64,000 nt of DNA from a virus, in IMG/VR virus record IMGVR_UViG_3300044611_002466, positions 64,001 to 128,000 of that record; one strand, 5' to 3'. Position 1 is the first letter of the stretch; each line of letters starts with the position of its first letter. The position numbers and the translations under genes are program-made. A model generated the notes under the pieces. The model ran no database searches. It was given only the letters and a program-made list of their open reading frames with translations, and was not told the DNA's origin. Positions 17,964-27,842 of the stretch are shown here, piece after piece.

Positions 17964-18229
17964 CCGGCTTTCTCGCTCCTTCGGGCTTGGCGGGCTTCCA
18001 GGAAGCGAAGGATCTCGTCCTCGCTCCACGCGCTCAGGAGGGCCTCTGCCATCCTGTCGTCAGACACGTCGTCCAAGACGACTGGGTTCAGGGTCGTGAC
18101 CTCCCGCACCCCCCGTGCGAGTAGGATGAACGCCCCTGTTCTCTGTAGGCTGAGCTGGGCAAGCTCCCCCAGCCGCATCTTGAACTCGGCGGGGGAGTCT
18201 TGGCTGAAGTCGAGGTCGGGCATCGCCAC
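17960..18229 (-). CDS. Hypothetical protein
   Basis: ORF track; coupled. Confidence 0.55.
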   Translation of the reverse strand: MAMPDLDFSQDSPAEFKMRLGELAQLSLQRTGAFILLARGVREVTTLNPVVLDDVSDDRMAEALLSAWSEDEILRFLEARQARRSEKAG

Positions 18230-18271
18230 ACCTACACCCTTGTACTCACATCGTCAAGGGCACGGCGCGGC

Positions 18272-18550
18272 TCAGCCCTTGATGCGGCCCTTCAATATCT
18301 GGATTGCCGGGTTCCATGCCCGTGAATCACAGGCGTAGAGGGTGCGCAGGATCAGCGTGGCGAGCTCTTCCGCCCGCACCTGCAGCAGGTCAGGTCGGCC
18401 GGTACCGAGGCTCACGAGCACGGCACCCGTGTCGGTCGCGGAGAACCCGACGGACACGAACACGACCTCCGGCACCGCGAAGAGCACACGCTCGAGTTCT
18501 TCACGGAGTGCGCGGAGCTCGGGAGTCAGAACGAGCAAGTCCATGAACAC
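18272..18550 (-). CDS. Hypothetical protein
   Basis: GGGAGG RBS. Confidence 0.55.
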   Translation of the reverse strand: MFMDLLVLTPELRALREELERVLFAVPEVVFVSVGFSATDTGAVLVSLGTGRPDLLQVRAEELATLILRTLYACDSRAWNPAIQILKGRIKG

Positions 18551-18562
18551 CTCCCAGGTCGG

Positions 18563-20059
18563 CTACTTGAGCTCGATCTCGAAAAGGTCCATCCGGACCT
18601 TGTTGTCCGCGTGCGCAGCCGCCCACTGGGCGGTCACGCGAACCACGGCGGTCTGGGTGGTGTTGACGCTCGGTGACGCGTCCGACCGCGCCACCAACGC
18701 CACCCCGTTCATGCCCGAGCCACCGCTCCACAGCTGCCGAAGGACGCGGGTAGCGTCGGTGCCGGTGGAGAGGATGTGCCCGTCGTAGAACAGGACCCAG
18801 CTCTCCCCGTCGGCGACCGTGAGCGAGAGCGTGGCCAGCGTGACCGCGGTGGCCCCGTTGAGGTAGAGCTGGAGTCGCAGGGTCAGCCCCGCGCTTCCTC
18901 CGTTGGTGTCGACGATGGTGCCGCCCGCCCGGATGCACAGCCCGCGCCCGCTCACGAGAGTGTTCGCGGGCAGGGCCGCGGGGGCGAGGCTGAACACCGT
19001 CTCCACGGTGGTGTTCTCCACCAGGGCGGAGACGTCGAGGTTGACGTAGAGGGTGCCGCCCACTGTCAGGATCGAGCCCGAGGCCACTCCCATCTCCGTG
19101 GTGAGGAGCCCATCAACCCGCAGGTCCTGGGACACCACCACGTCGCCCACCCCGAGAGTGATGACCTCAGCCCCGTTTCGAGTGTCGACGTTGAGGTAGA
19201 CGTTGCTGCCCTGCTTCACCTGCCAAGCCGTGGCCAGGTGGTCGGCGATAGAGAAGTCCGCAGACAGGGCCGTGACCGAGTAGGCTTCGCCGGCGACGTT
19301 GTAGGAGTAGCTCCCGGCGGTCTGGGAGTAGCCTCCGCTGTTCGTGAGGAGGCCTTCGACGGTGAGCGGGCCCTCCTGGAGCATCAGACCGCTGCCCAGG
19401 AAGGTGTACTGCGGGTTCGTGGTCGTGTTGCCGAACCGCATCTCCTCAGACGTGCCGGTCGTGTTGAGGTTGAAGTACTCGTTCGCTCCCTGGGCGATGA
19501 TGTAGGCGTTCTCCACGCCCTCCTTGACCGCGTAGGAGTAGCTCGCGCCCGTGAAGAGGTGGTTGGCAAGCGCAGACCCGTAGTTCAGGTCGCGCTCTCC
19601 AGAGGTGCCGATGTTCACGTCTTGGTCGACGTCGTCTGTGCCGATGTTGACCGGCCCGGCGCTCGAGTTCAGCGAGAGCGCGCTGACGCTGTCGAGGTCC
19701 ATCCCCGCGGTGCTGGTCATGGCCAAGCCGCCGAGGCCTGCGCGCATCCAGAGGCGAGCCGTGGTGACCGTCGTGGGGTCCGCGCCGACGACGACCTCTT
19801 CAGACCCGTTCGTGGTCTTGAAGATCATGTAGCGGTCGATGCCCTGCACGAGCGCCCACGCCTCGGAGGTGTTGTCGAGGAGCGCCTTGTTGGCCTCGGG
19901 CACCGTCGAGAGCATGAAGGCTCGTTCGGTGCCGGCGGAGTCGCGCACGTACGGGTAGCCGTCGTTCTTCCAGTACAACCGGTCGACCCCGGAAGCGGGG
20001 TTGGCGGGGGCCGCGCCGCGGCGGAAGTCGATGTTGTCGGTGGTGATCAAGCCAGGCAT
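18563..20059 (-). CDS. Virion structural / tail fibre-like protein
   Basis: 498 aa, Thr/Gly/Asn-rich with repeated beta-type segments. Confidence 0.6.
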   Translation of the reverse strand: MPGLITTDNIDFRRGAAPANPASGVDRLYWKNDGYPYVRDSAGTERAFMLSTVPEANKALLDNTSEAWALVQGIDRYMIFKTTNGSEEVVVGADPTTVTTARLWMRAGLGGLAMTSTAGMDLDSVSALSLNSSAGPVNIGTDDVDQDVNIGTSGERDLNYGSALANHLFTGASYSYAVKEGVENAYIIAQGANEYFNLNTTGTSEEMRFGNTTTNPQYTFLGSGLMLQEGPLTVEGLLTNSGGYSQTAGSYSYNVAGEAYSVTALSADFSIADHLATAWQVKQGSNVYLNVDTRNGAEVITLGVGDVVVSQDLRVDGLLTTEMGVASGSILTVGGTLYVNLDVSALVENTTVETVFSLAPAALPANTLVSGRGLCIRAGGTIVDTNGGSAGLTLRLQLYLNGATAVTLATLSLTVADGESWVLFYDGHILSTGTDATRVLRQLWSGGSGMNGVALVARSDASPSVNTTQTAVVRVTAQWAAAHADNKVRMDLFEIELK

Positions 20060-20092
20060 GAAGGTCTCCGGGAGGTACAGGGGGCGCGTGAC

Positions 20093-20644
20093 TTACGGGA
20101 GGAGGTACAGGTCGCCCTGGACATCGAGGCGCCCGTTGACGGTGAACGAGCGGACAACGATGTGCTGCGTGTCGGCGGCGATGACGTCGTCGACCTCGGC
20201 GGGGACGATGTTCGGCCAGCCGTAGGCCGGGCCGGGCACCCGCCCAGAGTGGAGGATCACGGTGCCGAGCACATCGAGGGAGCCCTGGACGTCGAGCTCG
20301 CTGATGAGGAGCTCGGTCTCGGCGGGGATCGAGACCTCCTCGCCCTCTGGGATCACCTGCTCCTGCGACCAGCGCAGGCGGTACAGGTCGGAAGTCGACC
20401 CGCCGGCACCGTACCCGTGGCGCACCCACCTCCCGGGCCCCCCAGTCGGCGGCACGATGTCCGGGAGGCTCTCCGCGAGCACCGAGGCGTAGTCGTAGAA
20501 GTAGAGGCTCCGCTCGTCCTCGACGTAGACGCCCTGTGCGTTGCTGGCGTCTCCGGTGGGGACCAGCCTGAGCTCGTCGATGTCCTGGACGGGCTGTGCC
20601 AGGGTCTCGTTCGGTCCGCGATGGGTGAGGATGCGCTGTCCCAT
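20093..20644 (-). CDS. Probable structural protein
   Basis: Internal repeat (LDVQG.L) and stop/start overlap inside the structural trio. Confidence 0.5.
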   Translation of the reverse strand: MGQRILTHRGPNETLAQPVQDIDELRLVPTGDASNAQGVYVEDERSLYFYDYASVLAESLPDIVPPTGGPGRWVRHGYGAGGSTSDLYRLRWSQEQVIPEGEEVSIPAETELLISELDVQGSLDVLGTVILHSGRVPGPAYGWPNIVPAEVDDVIAADTQHIVVRSFTVNGRLDVQGDLYLLP

Positions 20645-21021
20645 CAGACCGGCCGCACGAGCGCGAGCCACGCGTCGAGGGTGGGGGAGGTGCCGCTGGG
20701 CGTGCCTTCGACCACGAGGGCCACTCGAGGGGCCCCCTGGGACTCTACGAGGACGCAGTCGTCGCCGTTCACCACGATCTGGTTCCCCCTGTGCCACCTT
20801 CCGGACACCTCGGAGAACCAGTAGAGTCGAACCCGAAAGACGGGGTTCGTGCCGCCCAGGGCGAAGAGCACGTGGATGTACTCGTTCTGCTGAAGCAGAT
20901 GCCCGTGGCTGCTCGTGGTGGGGACTGCCGTTGCAGCGGACACGCCGGCCAGGACACGGCGCTCAGCGGCCGTGGTCCCGGAGACCGCAGTGACGTTCTT
21001 GACTCGGCGGGTTGACGGCAT
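20644..21021 (-). CDS. Probable structural protein
   Basis: First gene of the - strand structural trio. Confidence 0.5.
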   Translation of the reverse strand: MPSTRRVKNVTAVSGTTAAERRVLAGVSAATAVPTTSSHGHLLQQNEYIHVLFALGGTNPVFRVRLYWFSEVSGRWHRGNQIVVNGDDCVLVESQGAPRVALVVEGTPSGTSPTLDAWLALVRPV

Positions 21022-21143
21022 GGTGTTCCTGCTCGGGGTGGTCCGGTTCCCCTGATACTACCTCGCCGTGGAGCTCTGCGCCCCAGGGCTAAGAGGACGC
21101 ACCCTGGATGACTCCAGGTACGCCCACCACCGTCGCCGGTCCG

Positions 21144-21356
21144 CTACTCCTTGGCGGGCCCCAAGGACGCAACGTAGCTCGCGTGCGCCTTCCACGGACC
21201 GCCGTGGCGCACGTCTATGGCCACCCCCCGGTACCAGTCCCTTCGCTCGGGAGGGCAGGAGCGATGCAGCGCCAGCCCTTCCAGCCACGCCGCGATGGCG
21301 GCCGCGACGGCCTGCTCACTGTCATTCAAGATCGCCGCTTGTTCCTTGTCTCCCAC
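21144..21356 (-). CDS. Hypothetical protein
   Basis: AGAGGTGAA RBS; CATAAG upstream; terminator downstream. Confidence 0.55.
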   Translation of the reverse strand: MGDKEQAAILNDSEQAVAAAIAAWLEGLALHRSCPPERRDWYRGVAIDVRHGGPWKAHASYVASLGPAKE

Positions 21357-21399
21357 GAGTTCACCTCTGGCACTGGGTTGTGAGGACTGCACTGCCGTA

Positions 21400-21407
21400 C
21401 TTATGCC
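21400..21407 (-). promoter_or_regulatory. GNCATAAG putative phage promoter
   Basis: CTTATGCC on + strand. Confidence 0.5.
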
Positions 21408-21582
21408 GTATTCAGGAAGCATCATGCGTTCAGAGCTTCATCATGAAGCCACCTCTTGCATAGTGCGTGCGGCCCTGGGGCGGTACTGAGCCGTTCTCGC
21501 GGCTAAGAGCCAGCGCGCACTTGGAGCCAAAACACGGCGCGAGCCCCAGCAGGATTTCCCCTCCCGTGGTATGCTGGTGCCC

Positions 21583-21825
21583 ATGAAAACCAAACACGTC
21601 AAGATTGGCCGTCTTCAAGTCCGCATCCCCCTGGCGCAGCTCCTGGCTGCCATTCCTGGAGGTGTACGCGCTGCGATCAAGAAGGGGGCGGACGATCGCG
21701 ACCCCTCCAGCCCGGGAGGGAAGAAGATCACGGCTGCGGAGATTGCCGAGGATGTCGCGGCATTCTTCAAGGCATGGGGAGAGGCAGCGCTGCCGGCCAT
21801 CCTACAAGCCAACGGGCTCCCGTAG
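21583..21825 (+). CDS. Small hypothetical protein
   Basis: Isolated + strand ORF ending at a bidirectional hairpin. Confidence 0.55.
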   Translation: MKTKHVKIGRLQVRIPLAQLLAAIPGGVRAAIKKGADDRDPSSPGGKKITAAEIAEDVAAFFKAWGEAALPAILQANGLP

Positions 21826-21840
21826 CTCCGGCCTAAGAAA

Positions 21841-21866
21841 AGAGGCCGCACACCTGTGCGGCCTCT
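21841..21866. terminator. Terminator between convergent genes
   Basis: 11-bp stem AGAGGCCGCAC/GTGCGGCCTCT. Confidence 0.7.
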
Positions 21867-21872
21867 ACCTCC

Positions 21873-22751
21873 TCAGGTCCAGGCGTTCGCCTCGATGATA
21901 GCCTTGGCCACATCGGGACAAACGCTGTTTCCAATACGGGCGATCTGCTCCGTCTTGGTCCCGGTCAGGATGTAGGAGTCGGGGAAGCCCTGGGCACGCG
22001 CCAGCTCCCTTGGCTGCAGCATCCGCATCCCGATGTCGACCACGGCGTACTCCTCGCCGCCGAGCATGACGGTGACCAAGCCGAACCGCGCCTTGCTCAC
22101 GACTGTGGCCAGCGGCTCGTCAAGCCCCTGCCACTGGCCGCCGTTCGAGTAGTACTTCACCAGGAAGGCAGCCACCAAACCGAGGTGCTGCCCTCCCCCC
22201 GTGACCGTAGGCATCGGGTCCCGAAGGTCGCTGCCCGTCGAGGTCCCGTAGAACTTCGTGAGGTGCGCGACCGTCACCGCGTGGTGGTCCTTCCCGGTGA
22301 CCGTGGACATGGGCTCACGGATGTCGATCCCCACGACCCCGCCGTAGTGCTTGGCCAGGAAGGCGGTCACCAGCGCGTGTTTCCCTCCGCCCCCCACCAC
22401 CGTGCCCAGCGGCGCCTCGATGTTGAGCGCACGCGGGCGCTGCCCCTGCCGCTCGCCGTACCCCACCTGGACGAGGGTGGCCGCGGCCACGACGTGCCTC
22501 GCCTTCGAGGTCACCGTGGTCAGCGGATCGCGCACGCCTCGCGTCGTTGTCGTCGGGCTGGAGGACTGGTGGTCGATGGATGCAACGACGGGAGCGACGA
22601 CCACCCGCCTTTTCCTCCGCCGCAGTGCCATGCTCGCGCTCGGGCGACACACCCGGGTCACCTGCTGGTAGCTCCCATCAGGCAGGAGCTCCAGGAGGAA
22701 GGGGTCCTCCGCCTCGAAGAAGTACCGCTTCAAGCCCTCCGCGATGCGGCG
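21873..22751 (-). pseudogene. 5'-truncated (or split) DNA cytosine-5 methyltransferase: TRD repeats plus motifs IX-X only
   Basis: MRMLQPRELARAQGFP..Y, IGNSVCP present; FxGxG and PC catalytic motifs absent; homology starts at RRIAEGLKRY. Confidence 0.7.
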
Positions 22752-22933
22752 CTCTCGGCCTCCGTCACGGGCTCGACGATGCCCGTCTCCTCCTCTTCCC
22801 CCAGGTTGATGTAGATCGTGGTCTCGGCGAACGTGGCGTTCGGGTACTTGTCGAGGATGCGAAGGAGGTTGCCCAGGGGGACACCCCGCTGATCAGTCTT
22901 CACATGGATACGATGGTGTTTGAGCGGTGGCAT
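22730..22933 (-). CDS. Small hypothetical protein
   Basis: Its C-terminus runs over the MTase remnant in another frame. Confidence 0.5.
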   Translation of the reverse strand: MPPLKHHRIHVKTDQRGVPLGNLLRILDKYPNATFAETTIYINLGEEEETGIVEPVTEAESAASRRA

Positions 22934-23340
22934 TATTCCTCTTCCCCACTGATGTCTGCGAACTCGTTGGGACGGCCCTTCAGGTCTTCGTAAGTGGAGA
23001 CCAGCTCGAGCAGTTGAATGGTTTCTTCGGCGGAGAGCTCGTGCGCCTCACGCCCGGCGAGGAGGTCGGCGATCTCCTGCCTCTTGAGCTCAGTCATGAG
23101 CGGCCAGTTCACCAACATCTTGGTGATGGGCGTTGTGACACTCTCCTGGCCCCGCGGGACGACGTACTTGGTGACGTCGATCTCCTCTACAAGCACGTCG
23201 GGGCCATAGTCGACCTCGGGAGTCGAGATCGCCGTCACCGTCCCGATGACCTTCCCTCCGCAGGTGATGGTGAGTCCCATGAAAGACGCACCGGTTCCCC
23301 AGTCGATGCCCACGTGAAGGGCTTGGTCCCTGCTGCCCAT
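22933..23340 (-). CDS. Hypothetical protein
   Basis: Coupled ORF. Confidence 0.5.
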   Translation of the reverse strand: MGSRDQALHVGIDWGTGASFMGLTITCGGKVIGTVTAISTPEVDYGPDVLVEEIDVTKYVVPRGQESVTTPITKMLVNWPLMTELKRQEIADLLAGREAHELSAEETIQLLELVSTYEDLKGRPNEFADISGEEE

Positions 23341-23344
23341 ATCA

Positions 23345-24004
23345 CTACCCACGGGTTCTACGGGCCTTATTCCACACAGCGAGTTCCTCCTCGTCATCCG
23401 GGTCGTCGACGTCCTCATCGGAAGTGCGTCCGACGAACTCCACGGCCTCCACGAGCTCGTCGAGTCCATCGCCCTCGTTCGTGCGGACCTCGACTTGGCA
23501 GGACTCCCCCGCACCGAGGTCGAGCATCTCCTCCCAGTCGAAGACTTCCGGTCCTTGGCCCTCCTTGAGCTTCAGCTTCAGCGTGACCGCCCAGGAGCGC
23601 AGCTTCGATTCAGGCTTGGCCTCGTGGAAGGGCTTGATCTCTGCACTGCATTCCCCGCAGTACTCGTTCTCACCCTCCATGTGGTGCGACCAGCCGACGA
23701 CCAGCCCCTTCTTGAAGTCCTTCGTCGCGCACAGATGGCAGAGCCCGTCCCCGCCGTCCGCCGGGACCACGTAGAGGTACGGGTAGCCCCCGTGACCGTG
23801 CTGCATCAGGTGGTCGACGTGGAACTCCAGCCCGAGCTCCGCCGCGTAGTCGGTCCAGGCGACGGCGCGCAGAGCATCGAGGGTCTCGTCGTCACGACAC
23901 GCGTAGCCTCGAGACCCCGTGAGGTACTCCACGAGCTCTTCGCGCTCCATCTCGTCGAAGTCGCGGTAGAGCTCCGCGACCTTGTCCTTCTTCACGTCCA
24001 TCAT
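23345..24004 (-). CDS. Hypothetical protein with CxxC pairs
   Basis: CHLC and CGEC; acidic tail; ATGA overlap. Confidence 0.6.
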   Translation of the reverse strand: MMDVKKDKVAELYRDFDEMEREELVEYLTGSRGYACRDDETLDALRAVAWTDYAAELGLEFHVDHLMQHGHGGYPYLYVVPADGGDGLCHLCATKDFKKGLVVGWSHHMEGENEYCGECSAEIKPFHEAKPESKLRSWAVTLKLKLKEGQGPEVFDWEEMLDLGAGESCQVEVRTNEGDGLDELVEAVEFVGRTSDEDVDDPDDEEELAVWNKARRTRG

Positions 24005-24666
24005 GGGGTCTCCGGAAGGCCGAGCAGCTTCTGCCTGCTGGCTTGCAGTAGTAGGACTCCCACGTCCGCGTGGGAGAGGAGTGTGCGCAGGTTGTGGTTC
24101 AGCTCGCGGATCCTCGACTGGAAGTCCCGCAACGCCGCCCACATCTCTTCGGTGTAGGGAAGCTGTACCCGCACGCCCGGCTCGGGCTGGTACGACCCGT
24201 CGTCCACGACACGACGCTGCTCATTGAAGTACGGGCCGGCCTCGACCTCATCGCGCGGCCACTCTCGAATGAACCCCTTACCGTCTCGCACGGCGAACTC
24301 CATCCTCTGGAAGTCCAGGCGGATGTTGTCGCCAGCGGTCTCTGGGTCGGTTGGATCCCATCTCGTCGTCTGCGTGGAGTAGCTGCGCATGGTGTGCTGC
24401 TCGCGTCGCTCCGGAGGCGCGAGCTCGGCTCGGATGATCGGCACCCAGACGAGGTTGAAGACGCGATCGGCGACGGGGCGGATGGCCCTGACAAGGTCGT
24501 CCCTCGTCTTCGCGCGTACCAGCTCGCCCACCTCCGTCTCGGGGATGCGGGCGTAGAACTCTCCCTCCGTCGCGATGTAGATGCCGACGATGTTGCGCGT
24601 GTCGGGGTGCTTCCACTCGTCGAGACGCCACCGCTTCACGAGTTTGTAGCTTGGAATGCTGCTCAT
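24001..24666 (-). CDS. Hypothetical protein
   Basis: 221-aa ORF in chain. Confidence 0.65.
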   Translation of the reverse strand: MSSIPSYKLVKRWRLDEWKHPDTRNIVGIYIATEGEFYARIPETEVGELVRAKTRDDLVRAIRPVADRVFNLVWVPIIRAELAPPERREQHTMRSYSTQTTRWDPTDPETAGDNIRLDFQRMEFAVRDGKGFIREWPRDEVEAGPYFNEQRRVVDDGSYQPEPGVRVQLPYTEEMWAALRDFQSRIRELNHNLRTLLSHADVGVLLLQASRQKLLGLPETP

Positions 24667-24673
24667 GCCTGAC

Positions 24674-24907
24674 TCACCGGTACTTGTTCGGGTTCTTCAG
24701 AAGGCGCTTCACCGCGCGGGCGACCCGGCGTTTCGCCGTACGGACGTCATCCGCCTGTCCGGCGATCTGTGCCGTACCTCCACCCTGAAAGTCGAGACAC
24801 ACACGCCATTTGTAGGCCCCGAGGGTGTCGGAGAAGTTGATGTGGGAGTAGAACCGTCCCTGGTCGTGATCCTCCCTCCCCACCCACGTGTCTGCAGTCC
24901 ACCTCAT
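24674..24907 (-). CDS. Hypothetical protein
   Basis: Coupled ORF. Confidence 0.55.
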   Translation of the reverse strand: MRWTADTWVGREDHDQGRFYSHINFSDTLGAYKWRVCLDFQGGGTAQIAGQADDVRTAKRRVARAVKRLLKNPNKYR

Positions 24908-25413
24908 GGTTTCGGTCCTTCCTCGAGAATCGCAGGCTTCGTCCAGGTCAGGAACTCGGCGAGCTCATAGATCACCATGTTGTGTCCGTCGACGGTGAAG
25001 CCGCTACCGCAGCCGGTGTACATGAGGCCTGCAGCCATCAGGGTGCCGACCAGGTGGAGGGAGAGTCCCGCCTCGTTGGGCTCGAGGAGGGGCACGTCCG
25101 CCGGCATCCGGAGGCGTGCTATGCAGATCTTCCACGCGTCCCGTCTGGACATGAAGGAGGACTCGACCAAGTGGACGCTGGCGCTCTGGCCTACGCCGAC
25201 GACCACCTCCTTGTCGTCACGGCAGAGCACCAGGATCTGGTGGTCGAGCAGGGCCCGCTTCTTGGGTGGCTCTTGAAGACTCACGCTCGTTCCTACGCTT
25301 CGGTGTTCGCCCTGGCCGCGATCTTCTGGAAGATCGCAAGCTCGGGGGAAGGTGCGGTCCTTGAGCTCCAGAATGTCCTTGAGCGAGTTCTCTTCCCTGC
25401 GGGTCACGGGCAT
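24904..25413 (-). CDS. Hypothetical protein
   Basis: Coupled ORF. Confidence 0.55.
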   Translation of the reverse strand: MPVTRREENSLKDILELKDRTFPRACDLPEDRGQGEHRSVGTSVSLQEPPKKRALLDHQILVLCRDDKEVVVGVGQSASVHLVESSFMSRRDAWKICIARLRMPADVPLLEPNEAGLSLHLVGTLMAAGLMYTGCGSGFTVDGHNMVIYELAEFLTWTKPAILEEGPKP

Positions 25414-25640
25414 CCCGAGTCCTCCGATTCGAGGGGAGTGGTGAGCTCTTCCTGCCGAACGACCACCGAGCGCTTCGTCCTATAGACGAGGAACTTGGCA
25501 TCCGGCAGGGTCCCACCTCGTGTGTAGGTGTGTATGTGAGCCCTGTGCCGGCCCACCTCGGCAGGGCAGAATGAGAGGCTGGCGAGCATGCGCTCGTACT
25601 GCGCAGGATCGCCCTCCAAGATGACACGCTGTCGCTTCAT
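25404..25640 (-). CDS. Hypothetical protein
   Basis: GGAG RBS before MKRQR. Confidence 0.5.
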   Translation of the reverse strand: MKRQRVILEGDPAQYERMLASLSFCPAEVGRHRAHIHTYTRGGTLPDAKFLVYRTKRSVVVRQEELTTPLESEDSGCP

Positions 25641-25662
25641 GCTGTCTCCCGCAGACAATGCC

Positions 25663-26172
25663 CTACCCCGCATCTGCGTCGTCGAAGTAGCGGTTGATGC
25701 GGTCACGGAGGTGGGATGGGAATGCCTCTCCTGCCCCCTCGCTGAACCACTTCCACTTCTTGAGGCGGTTCGCCTTCGGGTTGGTGTATTTGATCGCGGC
25801 CAACGCGAACGTCAGGAAGGGGTGCTCGATTTCCGCGCGCCCATACGCCCGCCATATCGCCTGTTCGACGAGCGCATACGGAAGACACCTACGCAGGTAC
25901 TCCGCGCCCTTCGCGGGGTAGCCGAGGCGTGCGCACTGCCGAGCGCGCCGCCGCACGTCCGCTGCGTAGATCAACGCGTTGAGGCGACGCCAGCGGACTT
26001 CCGACTGTCGGTCCGTGGGCCAGTTAGGTCCCATGGCCGTACACGCAGCCACCAGAGCAGTCATCAGCTCAGTTCCGACACCGACCTGCGGCAACCCGCC
26101 CAGGCGCGCAATGTCGGTACCGGTGAGCTCGTCCGCCAGCGCCTCCTCGACCACACGACTGCTTGTGGTCAT
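25663..26172 (-). CDS. Hypothetical protein
   Basis: GGAGG RBS, ATGA overlap. Confidence 0.6.
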   Translation of the reverse strand: MTTSSRVVEEALADELTGTDIARLGGLPQVGVGTELMTALVAACTAMGPNWPTDRQSEVRWRRLNALIYAADVRRRARQCARLGYPAKGAEYLRRCLPYALVEQAIWRAYGRAEIEHPFLTFALAAIKYTNPKANRLKKWKWFSEGAGEAFPSHLRDRINRYFDDADAG

Positions 26173-26396
26173 TTGCCCTCCTGTGCCCGGCGAATCGGAT
26201 CGAGTGAGACGCCCCCGAGCTGCAGATGTAGGAACAAGAGCATCTCCTCTGTGATGTTCTTGATGTTGGAGGGAGCGAAGCCCCCCTTGCTCAGCCACCC
26301 CAGCAGGTCCCACACCGCATCCTCGAGGTCGTCCACCTCCATGGGCTTGGCGCGGTAGATCCTGCAAATCCGGTCGACGCAGGCGTTAGGATCCAT
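26169..26396 (-). CDS. Hypothetical protein
   Basis: MDPNAC...WL.KGGF.P small phage-type ORF. Confidence 0.6.
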   Translation of the reverse strand: MDPNACVDRICRIYRAKPMEVDDLEDAVWDLLGWLSKGGFAPSNIKNITEEMLLFLHLQLGGVSLDPIRRAQEGK

Positions 26397-26589
26397 GAGG
26401 TACTTCCAGACCGAGCGCAGTGTACGCCTCGGCGAGTGTCATCTTCGGGGCGAAGGGTTTGCGCTTGGGGAGGTAGTGCGTGTACGCTTCGATCCGCGCA
26501 TCCAGCACGTCTTTTGCGCGGGACTCCTCCGTGATCTCGGGACCGAGGAAGTGGCCGCCAGAGAACACGAGACCGGACGGCCGGATCAC
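26386..26589 (-). CDS. Hypothetical protein
   Basis: GTGA overlap. Confidence 0.5.
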   Translation of the reverse strand: MIRPSGLVFSGGHFLGPEITEESRAKDVLDARIEAYTHYLPKRKPFAPKMTLAEAYTALGLEVPHGS

Positions 26590-26849
26590 GGGATCTCCAG
26601 CTTCCCATCGTCGGGGAGCTCGCTCGAGTTGACCTTGTGCACCAGCACGTAGGCGTGGTTGATGGAGCTGTCGGTGTCGGGCAGTCGCTCCGGGGGCTCC
26701 TGGTAGGTGCAGCCCTCACCGTAGCGCAAGAGCTGGATGTGCCCGACTCGCGAGGAGTTGAAGTTCTGGTTCTGGTAGACACCCCAGGTCCCGCCGCGTT
26801 CGCGAAGAGTCTTGACGGTCCCGGGGTCGAGTTCGAGAGTGCGACTCAT
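26586..26849 (-). CDS. Hypothetical protein
   Basis: ATGA overlap. Confidence 0.55.
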   Translation of the reverse strand: MSRTLELDPGTVKTLRERGGTWGVYQNQNFNSSRVGHIQLLRYGEGCTYQEPPERLPDTDSSINHAYVLVHKVNSSELPDDGKLEIP

Positions 26850-27055
26850 CGGCAGTTCTCCGGAATGATGACGTTTTCGTACTTCTTGACGGTGTTCACG
26901 AGTTCCTTGGCCACCGCCACGTGAAGCCACTTCAGGTGTTTCACGTTGGCGAGGATCTGCCCGCGATTGGCGCAGAGGTCGTAGACGAGCTCGTCATCTC
27001 GGTCGATGCGGCGCTGGGCGGCCACCAGCACATCGTCCCACGTAGGCGACCTCAT
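26846..27055 (-). CDS. Hypothetical protein
   Basis: ATGA overlap. Confidence 0.55.
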   Translation of the reverse strand: MRSPTWDDVLVAAQRRIDRDDELVYDLCANRGQILANVKHLKWLHVAVAKELVNTVKKYENVIIPENCR

Positions 27056-27420
27056 GACCAGATCAGGGGCTGACCGCCCAGGTCGCTGATGTTGTCCTGG
27101 ATGGCTTGGACGCGAGCGGCGTCGGCCCTCGCCCCCGTGTATGGGCTCGCGTGGCGGGCAGTCACGGCCTTCGCCACGTACTCGAACTTGGCTGGCAGGA
27201 CGTGGGTCGCGCAGAAGTTCCGAGGATCCTCCACCCCGTCCCACTCGACCCAGGTGTCCTTGTTGATGTCGAGCAGCCACGCGCTGCCGTGCTGGGCCTT
27301 CATCGCCCTGATGACAGCGCGGTTGGCATCGTTCAGGTCATCGTCTGCCTCTGGGCTCCCCTGCCGCAGCCAGCTCAGCAAGATGCTGGTGTGCTTGCGA
27401 GCGGCCTCATCCACGGTCAT
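27052..27420 (-). CDS. Hypothetical protein
   Basis: GGAGG RBS. Confidence 0.6.
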   Translation of the reverse strand: MTVDEAARKHTSILLSWLRQGSPEADDDLNDANRAVIRAMKAQHGSAWLLDINKDTWVEWDGVEDPRNFCATHVLPAKFEYVAKAVTARHASPYTGARADAARVQAIQDNISDLGGQPLIWS

Positions 27421-27802
27421 CGGAGCCTCCGGCCTTCGGTGTCGACTTCGGCTTCCGCTTCCCCGTGGTCTTCTTGATCAGGGTGTACCCGAGCTGGCCC
27501 GCCGCTCGTCGGATCAAGTCCACCTGGTCCTCGTGCGAGTGATGTCCTCGATTTCCCCACTGCTCCTGGAAGACCACGGAGGGGTAGTTCCCTCCGATCG
27601 CCAGGAGCGTGATCACGTTCGCGTTCTGGTTGCTGGCGGCCCAGAACCCGTTCGCGTAGCTTCCGAAGCCGTACTCGACTGGGGCGCCCGCTTCAGCTCG
27701 GCTGATCGCCGTCTTGGTCGCGGTCCACCACTTCGCCGGATCGCTGTCGATCTCGGAGAATGCGTCGTTACAGATCACCAGTCCGGTGTTGAATCCCATC
27801 AC
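27407..27802 (-). CDS. Hypothetical protein
   Basis: GGAGATAGG RBS; Lys-rich tail. Confidence 0.6.
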   Translation of the reverse strand: MMGFNTGLVICNDAFSEIDSDPAKWWTATKTAISRAEAGAPVEYGFGSYANGFWAASNQNANVITLLAIGGNYPSVVFQEQWGNRGHHSHEDQVDLIRRAAGQLGYTLIKKTTGKRKPKSTPKAGGSDDRG

Positions 27803-27842
27803 CTATCTCCGGAGTTGTTGGAAGTGTATCTACAAGCAGACA

